Part shown: positions 1 to 10,824 of the stretch, piece by piece
Position numbering within the stretch: the first letter of the stretch is position 1
Layout: each line of letters opens with the position of its first letter
From: Octopus sinensis
Lineage: Eukaryota
Assembly (NCBI RefSeq): GCF_006345805.1
Contig: NC_043001.1
Span: forward strand, 5,270,001 to 5,334,000
Direction of reading: 5' to 3'
Length of the DNA stretch: 64,000 nucleotides
Made by a program: the position numbers and the translations under genes
The notes under the pieces: generated by a model
Told to the model about the DNA's origin: nothing
Database searches by the model: none
What the model saw: the letters and a program-made list of their open reading frames with translations, nothing else

Positions 1-1649
1 ATAAGTTTCTTTGATTTAATTTTGGGGTAATGTTGTGATGGTAAACAGAAGACAACACATATTTGAAACAAAGTAACAAATATCAGGCGTAAATAATAGA
101 TAAATATGTTGAATTGTGTGTTTGCAATATCAAATATATGAACAAAGAATATAGATTTTTCATGTATGAAATATTTATAATATTTTTGCAATAATTGTTC
201 GTGTCTGCTGAGAATTACTGATCATTTTCAGTGAAATCTTGTATTATTCTAACATTTAAAGAACAAATATCACACTTATTGATTTATGCATTACTATTTT
301 CTTTATCCGCTTCCATTTTCTTCTTGTGAGAATTCTACGCTCACTCTTCTTCGTAATTGTGATAATAGGGTGTTTCACATACGTTTACTTTTGTCTTTCT
401 TTCAGCACACAAACTGGGAAACTCTCTTGATGGTTGTGTACTAATATGTTTACATCAAATTATCAATGTAGATTATTATAACAAATGTGTTGATGGGAAA
501 TAAATTGTAAAATATCATAATTCATATTCAATTATGTCTTCCCTACAATCTGTCTAGGGAAAATCGCTTTGTCGTCGTTTTGTCTTTTACAATCACACAT
601 TTGATAAACAACATAGAAAGAGATACATTAATAAGCCAACGTATTGCTTTTAACTAAAATCTCTCAGATCTTTAATCTAATTATATAAAACCGATATGTT
701 ATTCTGCAAATAGTAAATTCCTATAAACAGCTTATATCAGACTTATGTGTTGCGCTTTCTATAATTTAGCCGCAAAATAAAATCCTTAAACATTAAATAT
801 TAAATTCACTCATTTATAAATTACTAAACAGTCAGAAAAAGCAATATCCGTCGTTTTCTTGCATAGAAAAGATATAATTATAATTATGAATGGTAATGAT
901 TTTAAACATAGTATATAAGGGTATGAGTGTCTGTGGTTATGTGTGTGTATGTGTGTATGTTTGTAGCCGTGCGCTTATGTTAGTGTTTGTATTATTTTGG
1001 TGGTGTCTGTCTAAAGGATGTGTATTCAGAAAGTAAAATTTGAAAACCTAACAAGCCATTCCTCGAATTATACATCATTTCATAAATTATACAGACTCAA
1101 TGTTTCTAACGAAAGCTAAATGCAATCTTCCTCTGTAATGGTTTCTTGTTATCGGAAGAAAAATAACGCAACTTTATAAGAGAAAGCAAGATACAAACAA
1201 AAGAAGAGTGCAGTAGCAGGAAAAATCAGTGAAGAAGAGTTAATAGAGAAAGGTGACGAGTGAGAAATATTAGGATGGAGCAACATAAGCAAAGGTGCGG
1301 CAAAAGAAATGATGTTAAATAATAATAAAGGTACGAGATGTAGATATATAAACTCTTATCAAGAGGGTTGGAAAAGGGTAGAGATAGAGGAGGCTGCAAT
1401 GTATATATTATATGATCAGCTCGATGGATGAAGAGAGTCGTGATGGTCGTCGAATATGTGCGATTGATAAACAATCGGAGCGTAAACAGTTTTATAACCA
1501 ACTGCCATCTTGCAGCAAATTTTACGCTAAGTAATAATTACCTTGTTATTGCTGCCGAACGAAAAGATATACTTGAAAACTTTAAAAGAAGAACAGTAGT
1601 GGGGGAGATTCGCACACCAGAAATCTAAGATTTTTACGGTAACGAAATC

Positions 1650-2125
1650 TATATTTGCAACTACAATGAAGACTATATTCTTGCTCACCGTCCATATTGT
1701 TCCAGCTTCCGTCCTACTGCGTCGCATCTTCGGCAAGCGTCTTCTAATGAGTCTCGGACCAGCCAGGGCACTCTGAATGTATTTGGTAAATGGAAATTGA
1801 AAGCCCGCTGTATTATATGTGTTTGTGTTTCTCTGTGTGTGTGTATGTATGTGTGTGTGTTTGTGTGTTTGTGAATGTGTGTGTGTGTGTGTGTAACTAT
1901 GTCTATGCACACGTACGCGCATTTATTTCTGTGTTACATTCGCAGCACCGGTATACAACCGTTGTTGGTGTGTATCTATCATTGTAACTTGGCGGTTCGA
2001 CAAAAGAAACTGATAGATAAATTACTAAGCTTTAAAAAGTACCGGTGACGATAGGTTCGACTAAAATTCGTAAAGTCGCTTCGGCAGCATGATCACAACC
2101 TAACGGCTGAAATATTAAACGATAA
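1650..2125 (+). mobile_element. Degenerate tRNA-derived SINE (family A)
   Basis: Diverged match to the reverse complement of the copies at 15374-15740 and 46471-46872 (ggcaagcgtcttct, ggaaattgaaag, TG tract, gcggttcgacaaaagaaac, ctgaaa tail). Confidence 0.7.
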
Positions 2126-2238
2126 CCGATTAAATCTAGCCAGGATGATTACGCTAAATAGATTCATGTTCCCTTTTATTATGTGAGATTTTGTGAGTTG
2201 TCTGCTTTTTTCGTATTGGGTTGCTAAAGAAAAACATA

Positions 2239-2634
2239 TCTTTATATATAAAAGTCAAGTTGTGTGTCAGTCTCCTACGATTTAGATTCCTAACTACTCC
2301 CACATTTTTCGGTGCAGTTGAACCAAAGCCGGATATCTTATAGTCGTGATTCATATCGAGCCCTTCTGGGTATTAGCGCGCGTCTACGATGAGTCTACGA
2401 TTTAAAAAAAAATTACTATCATTTTTTCCATTTTAATGCATTTTTTTCGCTATTATATAAGGGAAGTAATTCTCTAAAAATGTCTACGATGAGTCAACGA
2501 TTTTTTTTAAAAATCACCATAATTTTTTTTCCATTTTTAATGCATTTTTTGCTATTTTTTTGCTATAACTCTCTAAAAATGCTTGTATAGTAATTTCCCT
2601 TACAAAACCGAGCAACACCGGGCGATACTGCTAG
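2239..2634 (+). mobile_element. Non-autonomous Helitron-like element
   Basis: Starts A|TC (tctttatatataaaag) and ends in the hairpin-like ccgagcaacaccggg then CTAG|T. Contains an internal ~100-bp tandem duplication (gtctacgatgagtc...). The 3' end is shared with 60578-60960. Confidence 0.75.
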
Positions 2635-2773
2635 TACTGATATAAAGCGACATTCTCTGCCTCCATGCTGTTGGTATCAAAGGCTTGGCATTCATTACGA
2701 AGTACCTACGATCAAATGAACACCAATGGCAGTTTATTGCAGTTGAAATAAGTACAAGGGATATTGCGATGGC

Positions 2774-3152
2774 GTGGAGATGCAATGGCCCAGTGGTTAG
2801 GGCAGCGGACTCGCGGTCGTAGGATCGCGGTTTCGATTCCCAGACCGGGCGTTGTGAGTGTTTATTGAGCGAAAACACCTAAAGCTCCACGAGGCACCGG
2901 CAGGGATGGTGGTGATCCCGGCTGTACTCTTTCACCACAACTTTCACTCTTAAGTCCTGTTTCTGTTGTACCTGTATTTCAAAGGGCCGGCCTTGTCACT
3001 CTCTGTGTCACGCTGAATATCCCTGAGAACTACGTTAAGGGTACACGTGTCTGTGGAGTGCTCAGCCACTTACACGTTAATTTCCCGAGCAGGCTGTTCC
3101 GTTGATTGGGATCAACCGGAACCCTCGTCGTCGTAACCGACGGAGTGCTTCC
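2774..3152 (+). mobile_element. Full-length tRNA-derived SINE (family C) with 11-bp TSD
   Basis: A box tggcccagtggtt, B box ggtttcgattcc; flanked by the direct repeat attgcgatggc at 2763-2773 and 3153-3163. Confidence 0.9.
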
Positions 3153-3460
3153 ATTGCGATGGCATTTCGCAGCAGTAGAATAAATACGCCCGTGTGTATT
3201 GGAATATCAATTGTATTATTTGCTATTATAAGAGCAACAAGTACTTAAAGCAAATGAGCCGCAGTTCGGTATACGTAAGTAATTAAGCATAACTGCAAAG
3301 AGGAGCGTGTATCTTGTGCCATCATTTTGTACGATCCATGGGTGTTCTTACATCCATACTGCCTATCATGAGAATTTCTTCTCTCGGGAGCACAAGTGCG
3401 GAGTATTGTCCTTCCGTAACCGAATGTATACGAAAAGGTTAAGCAGACTGCAGTTAACGA

Positions 3461-4037
3461 TACACACACAAACTCATACATGCACACATACACACACACA
3501 AACTCATACATGCACACATACACACACACAAACTCATACATGCACACATACACACACACAAACTCATACATGCACACATACACACACACAAACTCATACA
3601 TGCACACATACACACACACAAACAAACTGACACACATGCACATGCATACAAGCACACACACCATGCAAATCAAAGTAGAGGCACGCACACACACACTCAC
3701 AGAAATACACGCACGTACACAAACACACATAAACACATGCATACACACACACAACCGTACAAGCACACGCACACACGTACAAACACCACGCACACGCACA
3801 CACAAAATCACGCCCACACAACCGCATAAGCACACACACACAAACACACACATAAACACACACATACAAACACACACACACACGCGCATACATACAAACA
3901 CACGCACCCCCGCAAAAGAAACACGGACACACGTACACACACATATTCACACACTCACATACATGTACATAAACATACGCACGCAACGCACACACACATC
4001 CACGCACGCACACACACATACACACATACACACGCAT
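3461..4037. repeat. 30-bp minisatellite (about 5.4 copies, 3461-3623) grading into degenerate (CA)n
   Basis: Exact repeats of tgcacacatacacacacacaaactcataca. Confidence 0.95.
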
Positions 4038-5197
4038 ATTTCTTACCGATTTTTAAAAACTTTTGCTTCACCGCAGTCACAGTCCGAGGTGGAGATTCAG
4101 TCAGTAAAGTATCGAACCTCCACCATTCATGCTGCATAAGATCAGTTCCATATTTCCCAGTGTTAAATTTAACAATTTGACTTCACAAGTCGCATTTCAT
4201 AAGCAAGTGCGGCCAATAACCTAAGAACTACACTTTCTGAGAAGTATAAGCATCGAAAATAGATCAAAGTAAATTTTTCACGTTCAGTTAGGGTCTAAAC
4301 TTAAAAGACTTCCATAATATTTCTTATTCTTTTGGAAAAGTAGGATATAAGTCTTAGTGAGAGAAAAAACGATATCATTTCAGGAATCAAAAAGAAAAGT
4401 GAGTTCTACTTACACTAATTCATTAATTTTTCAAGATACTTTTCAAATAATCGCTGTTGAACTTTATTTTAATTGCAGTTAGTTGACAGTTAAGTACTTT
4501 ACATTATTTCTGAAGCATGTCAAGAAAGAGACCAAACAAAAGAACTTAGAAGAAAAGCGAATGTTTTTCATCCTTGAAATATCATTAACAATTTTATTGT
4601 CAACCGCCATTTCAATTGCACTCAGACAAATCATGTCAGCTTAGATTTAATTATTTTCTTAGCTATGTAAATCTTATTGTCACATTTGAAGAATGGTTAG
4701 GAATCACATCAAATAATTAGTTTTGCTCTCTGAAATCTCATATAAAGTCAAGTTGACGTCGTTACTCCAGTTAATTTTGGGGTAAAAAACAAAAGTTGAA
4801 AAATGCTTTTTCAGTTCTGTCATTTCCTAATTGAAACTTATTAAATGTATCCTTGTTTCTCTGACGTAAAACTTCGAAAAAATAATATCAAGATTAAGCA
4901 AATGATGTTAGATATGCAGAGACTTCAATGTTTATCTCCGATATGTGCATTATGCTAATACAACTATTGAGAGTACGAATTTTTTTTTATTTGAATACAT
5001 AAAAGCATAGTGAATCACTTTTTTGGTGCCGTATGAAGTCCACTACCATCACATAATGATAAAAAAAATGGTTCTGTGAGTTAAAATCAAAGTTCAACTA
5101 ATTCTCTGGTACCGTTCCATCTTTAAGAGATGGGAAAATATGTATCTTATTTACACTATTTACATTTAAAGGGATATTTGTCCTCATCTTTGATGTT

Positions 5198-5243
5198 AAC
5201 ACAACGTATCGGTTGATATACCATCCAGCCTTCATCAGGTGTC
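5198..5243 (-). ncRNA. Degenerate minimal type I hammerhead ribozyme
   Basis: Minus strand reads gacac CTGATGA aggctg...caacc GATA cg TT gtgtt. Helix I is gacac/gtgtt; GAAA is mutated to GATA. Confidence 0.55.
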
Positions 5244-5292
5244 ATGGGGATATTTCAAACCTGAATTCTCACTCCTAACGTATTTTTCGACG

Positions 5293-5303
5293 TTATTATT
5301 ATT

Positions 5304-5359
<56 letters not shown>

Positions 5360-5393
5360 TATTACTATTATTATTATTATTATTATTATATTA

Positions 5394-5439
<46 letters not shown>

Positions 5440-5467
5440 GCTGTTGTTGTTGTTGATATTATTATTG

Positions 5468-5498
<31 letters not shown>

Positions 5499-5503
5499 CA
5501 TTA

Positions 5504-5537
<34 letters not shown>

Positions 5538-5550
5538 CATTATTATCATT
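5293..5550. repeat. Compound (TTA)n/(TCA)n microsatellite
   Basis: Directly visible. Confidence 0.97.
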
Positions 5551-5734
5551 CAGATCACTGAATAATATGGCGTAGTGGTTAAGATCGCAGGCTACAAACC
5601 CTAAGATTCCGAGTTCGCTTACATGCAGTGGCCTGAATAATAATAACAATCAAGATGAGGACAATGTCCGTCAAATGGAAATAATTTAAATAATGTATAA
5701 TCCTCTGACATTACTTTCCCCTTTTCATTTACAT

Positions 5735-6160
5735 TTTCTTGTCATTGGTTTGCGGCCATGTTAGAGCACCGCCTTGAAGTGTTTAATAAAAAAAATCGAT
5801 CCCCAGTGTTTATTGTTCTTCATATCTGGTCCTTATCCATTCTGATTCTTTTTCATAAAACACTAATTTACAGGGAAGTATACAAACGAACATCGGTTGT
5901 CAACCTGTGGTAGGGGTCAAACACGGAGGCAGAGACTCTCACACACAAATACACGAATATAATAGACATACGTGCTTCCGAACACACAGGTTCGCATGCC
6001 GCATGCATATACGTATTTAAGAGAGGCATCTTTCGGTTTTCGTCTATCACATCGAGTCACAAGACTTTGGTCGTCCCGATGTTAGAGGAGAAGCATTCCC
6101 CCATGTTGCCACGTAGCGGGAGTGAACCGAAACCCATGTGGTTTGGGCAGAAGCATTGAT
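5735..6160 (-). mobile_element. Degenerate SINE family A
   Basis: tgcggccatg.tagagcaccgcc ... gccacgtagcgggagtgaaccgaaacc, colinear with 15374-15740. Confidence 0.75.
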
Positions 6161-6420
6161 CATACGAATGCTAGTTTTACCGATAACATTTCAGTAACAC
6201 ATGAAAATATTTCACAATTCTCGATTACGAATTGGATGAGATTCATCTTTCATTTATAAATCACCGTTCATCTCTTTTCGTGGGGAATGTCTGTAACGCT
6301 GTGCAACTTCGAAAAAGCCATCGTGCATTTTATTTTCATTCTTCCTAATAAAGACCCATTCTTTTCTAATAAAAAAAAAAATCTCCATGTATTTTCGAAA
6401 CAAATTGAACATGTAAACAT

Positions 6421-6423
6421 TTT

Positions 6424-6456
<33 letters not shown>

Positions 6457-6758
6457 TTTCTTTATTTCTTCTTCTTCTTCTTCTTCTTCTTCTTCTTCTT
6501 CTTCTTCTTCTTCTTCTTCTTCTTCTTCTTCTTCTTCACCTTCTTCTTCTTCACCTTCTTCTTCTTCACCTTCTTCTTCTTCTTCTGTTTCTTCTTCTTC
6601 TTCTTCTTCTTCTTCTTCTTCACCTTCTTCTTCTTCACCTTCTTCTTCACCTTCTTCTTCTTCTTCTGTTTCTTCTTCTTCTTCTTCGTCTTCTTCTTCT
6701 TCTTCTTCTTCTTCGTCTTCTTCTTCTTCTTCTTCTTCTTCTTCTTCTTCTTTACTAT

Positions 6759-6789
<31 letters not shown>

Positions 6790-7017
6790 AGTACTACTAC
6801 TACTTTCTTTTCATTTTTTTTCTTTTTCTACTCGTTCTTCTTCTTTTACTTCTCATACTACTACTACTACTGCTGCTGCTGCTGCACAAGCTAATACCAC
6901 TACTACTCCTACTATTACTACTACTGCTGCTGCTGCTTCTGCTAGTACTACTACTACTTTCTCTTCCTCTTTTTTCTTTTTCTACTCGTTCTTCTTCTTT
7001 TCTTCTTCTTCTTCTTC

Positions 7018-7057
<40 letters not shown>

Positions 7058-7203
7058 GTTTATTGTCAGCAGTATTAGCAGCAGCAACAGAGTGGCAGCA
7101 GCTGCTTCAATAGTCATGGCGGTGATAATTGCGCTAATCGATGTATATTTACGTCTAACCATACACATATCAGATTGTGAAGTTTTTAAAGAAATACATA
7201 AAC

Positions 7204-7249
<46 letters not shown>

Positions 7250-8172
7250 CTATATATATATATTATATATATATATATATATATGTATACATATATATAT
7301 ATATATATATACTATATATATACATATATACATATACATATATACATATACATATATATATATATACATATATATATACATATATATATACATATATATA
7401 ATATACACACATATATATATACTATACATATCTACATATGTATAAATATGTATGTATATATATATAAGTGTGTGTGTGTACGTATGCATTTATATATATA
7501 CATATGTATCTATTTAATCACGTATGTATGTAAATAAATATAAATATATATACATTTGTGTGTGTATATTATATATATACATACGTGTATATATATGTGT
7601 ATGTATATTACATGTACGGTGTACGTTTACCTGTAATGTGTTCTTATCATATGTCGTCAATAGTTTAACAGTTGTAATGTAATCAACATGTAAGAGGTGC
7701 TAACGTTTAGCGCAAAACATATATTTTGTCAAATCATTGATCTAAAATTTGTATTTTTGTAATAAAATTGGAGATGTTAATTCGCGATAACACCGGATAA
7801 TTTTTTTATGGCTCTCTTATTTTGTCTGCTCTCAGAGAGTCATGTTTCTTCGTAAATGATTAGTGAAGTTATTTTCGTTTAAATTTTTATAGCTACGGAA
7901 ATCATATTATATAATTCGCATCATTTATTTTAATTATATGAGCTTTCAATGTATACCTTTAAACTTAAATTAAATAGGAACTACATTAACAATAGTGTAT
8001 GTATACATAAATACATGCATATATGCATATATACATATATGCATATATACATATACATATATATATATATTTATATATACATATATATATATGTGTGTGT
8101 GTATGTCTGTGCTCTTGCGTGTTTCTGTACATGCATGTATGTATTTATGCAATTATCTAAATATGCGTGTGT

Positions 8173-8239
<67 letters not shown>

Positions 8240-8242
8240 ATG

Positions 8243-8301
<59 letters not shown>

Positions 8302-8400
8302 TACGTGTTTGTTTGCTGTGTGCGTGTGTGTGTATGTGTATACAGACATACATATATTATATATATCTTTATATATATATATCTGTATATATGTAATATG

Positions 8401-8448
<48 letters not shown>

Positions 8449-8510
8449 TACATACATAGATATATATGTTGTGTGTGTGTGTGTACGTATGTTTGTGTGT
8501 GTGTGTGTAA
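6421..8510. repeat. Microsatellite field: (TTC)n, (CTA)n, (TTA)n, (TA)n, (TG)n with short unique spacers
   Basis: Directly visible; explains the low-complexity ORFs in the track. Confidence 0.95.
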
Positions 8511-8696
8511 GCACAAGCATTCCTGTGTGGAAGCACGCTCGATTCCCAGCCAAGCTGTCCCGGATTTTGTCTTATTATGTGGCACCTTATTCATGTGTCT
8601 ACTATTATAGTCTCGAGCCGACCATCGAATTGAAATGTTAATGGAAACTGAAAGAAGCCTTTATATATATTATATATATATATACGTACTTGTATA

Positions 8697-9589
8697 CAAG
8701 GTCGATGTTCAAATTACTGCCATTTTTGGGCGCTTGAACATTTTGGGGTTTAAATTGTCTTGCTTACGGGACAGGTGGGCATCATTTGGGAGAAAAACAC
8801 AGAATGACGCAATTCAATTTGTTAGACAATAGTAAACGACATGCCCAATTGCTTGGCATTCACTACGGAAACTCCAATGAGAATATTTCAAAGTGTTTGT
8901 GTGTTAATTTCAGGACAGTGCAATCCGAGGACATGTACCTAGAGCGATAAAAATCAAACATCTAGTGGACATCAAGGCTTTGATAGCATAACTGGTGATG
9001 GCAGTGTTACGCTCCTATTCGGCTTTATATACGGTTTCAAACTAAACATAGATGTCTACATCATCTGCCTAGAGGAATTAGTGAGGCTCTGAGACAGTAA
9101 ATTTGCTACTGGATGACCCACTGTCAGGCAACTGGACTCTGCACCATGCCACACAAGTAGGAGAATCCAGTCATTGCTGTCAGACAATTTTCGCGACCAC
9201 ATCTTCACTAACATTTTGCCACCTAACTCCCCAGATTGTTATCCACTTGATAACTATATTTCGGGCGCGTTTGAGCTTGAGATTAATAAAATTCCCTGGA
9301 ACAGAAAATATTAACTCAAGACAAGGATTATGGCAGCATTCACCATCAAATTCAAGGAGACCACCCGAAATAGTTGCAGGAGAATCTGAATTCCCTTGGA
9401 GACGTGGTTGAAGCCATGTACATACATATATCGAGGCAGTGGTTGAAGCCAATAGCGATTTTATTGAATAATTTACACTTTATTATTTCAAAATATTTTA
9501 TGTAAATTTGGTAAATATATGTTAAAATGTGATGCTAATGTTATCTTAATTTTGGAGTGATTTGATGGTAACACATTCACCGCACCCTG
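8697..9589 (+). mobile_element. Internally deleted Tc1/mariner-superfamily element (maT/DD37D-like)
   Basis: TA-flanked imperfect TIRs (caaggtcg... / ...cgcaccctg). Remnant PPNSPDCYPLDNY (WPPxSPDLNPLD motif) and C-terminal EAVVEANSDFIE*. Confidence 0.65.
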
Positions 9590-9596
9590 TACATTT

Positions 9597-9640
<44 letters not shown>

Positions 9641-9659
9641 TACATATCTATGTATATAC

Positions 9660-9705
<46 letters not shown>

Positions 9706-9939
9706 TGGTAAAAAAGTGTGTGTCTCTTCATGTTTGTGTTTGTCCTTCCCCCATAGCTTAGTAACCAATATTTATGTGTTTATGTCTCAAAAACGTAGCG
9801 TTTCGACAAAAGAAACCCTCGGCGTACAAAGCATGAGTGCCTTTGCCGATTTCCTCACAAATTTTAGCTGCACAAATTACTAAGAAATTAAATGATTTCT
9901 ATACCAATTGGAGTAAGGGAAATATACGACCTCGAACCC

Positions 9940-10150
9940 ACAAGTGTAAACAAGAGAGACAGAAACAAGGAAAATGCCACTTATATTTGAACACTATACA
10001 AATATTCTTTTAAAAAACTTTTCTTTTAATTTTTCTAAATTTAATTATTTAATCGTTACAGTTGAAAAGCTCTCAAATGGTTGAAACCGGTATTGAAACT
10101 TTCTTTATAAAATTATTTTAGCATTTTCTATCTTGACTTGTTTTTTCATA
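9940..10150 (+). mobile_element. Short dispersed repeat carrying a U3-A8 hammerhead-like motif (10055-10099)
   Basis: gttacag TTGAAAA gctctcaaatggtt GAAA CCGG TA ttgaaac. A homologous copy lies at 22445-22670. Confidence 0.55.
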
Positions 10151-10209
10151 TATATCAACTCGTGTGTTTCTTTTCATCCTTATACACACAGACACACACA
10201 GACACACAC

Positions 10210-10292
<83 letters not shown>

Positions 10293-10294
10293 AG

Positions 10295-10650
10295 TTAATA
10301 ATTTAGGAAAGCAGCAAGCCGTAGCAGCAAAGTGACATAGCAGTCAAACTGTCCAAGCTACAAGCTATCACTAAAGACGAAGTTGAGGTCTTGCAAGTGA
10401 ATAAAATTCTAAGAACTCATCGCAGTAACGAAAGGTTCGGAAGTTGAAAAGCAGGCATACTCGGATCACCTGTGATTTCCAACTGGTATTTCTCTCCAAT
10501 TAGCATCGGCAGACGCTCGGTTATAGAGGTTCTTAGGGGTTCTATTTATTTGCCCCATTTCAACTTTGTGTTTGGTGACACTTGTGCTTTGCTGAGTGTG
10601 ACGGCTATGTCAGCATGCGGCTACTGCTTCCTAGTACACCTATTTATTAA
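10295..10650 (+). repeat. ~350-bp imperfect foldback (long hairpin) element
   Basis: Left half (taggaaagcagcaagccg...tgacatagc.gtca...cactaaagacgaagttga...ctaagaac...agttgaaaagcagg) is reverse-complementary to the right half (cctgtgatttccaact...gttcttag...tcaactttgtgtttggtg...tgacggctatgtca...cggctactgcttccta). Confidence 0.8.
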
Positions 10651-10713
10651 TTGATATTTTGTTGTCGTTGTTATTGTTTATATTATTATCACTGTTATTA
10701 TTATTATTATTAT

Positions 10714-10803
10714 ATGTTTGACTTTTGCATTATATTTGTACAAGTTGGCTCCAAGTCTCACCCAGAATTCTCAAGAAACAACAGGTTGGAAGTTCACGTT
10801 GTT
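10714..10803 (-). mobile_element. Extra 3'-UTR-only copy of the adjacent R4/Dong-like LINE
   Basis: ~90-bp near-duplicate of 10827-10918, bounded by (TTA)n. Confidence 0.8.
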
Positions 10804-10824
10804 TTTATTATTATTATTATTATT

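Larger units (their letters stand above)
5140..5700. mobile_element. Head-to-head pair of a tRNA-headed, (AAT)n-containing, hammerhead-bearing repeat
   Basis: The minus copy (5140-5560) and plus copy (5566-5700) share cagtg..ctgaat and aagatgaggacaa segments. The plus copy has the tRNA-like head tggcgtagtggttaag. Confidence 0.65.

Noticed and set aside
2776-2850. tRNA gene calls for SINE heads (also 5566, 29280, 44430 and 63850)
   Set aside because: No complete cloverleaf, and each continues into a SINE body.
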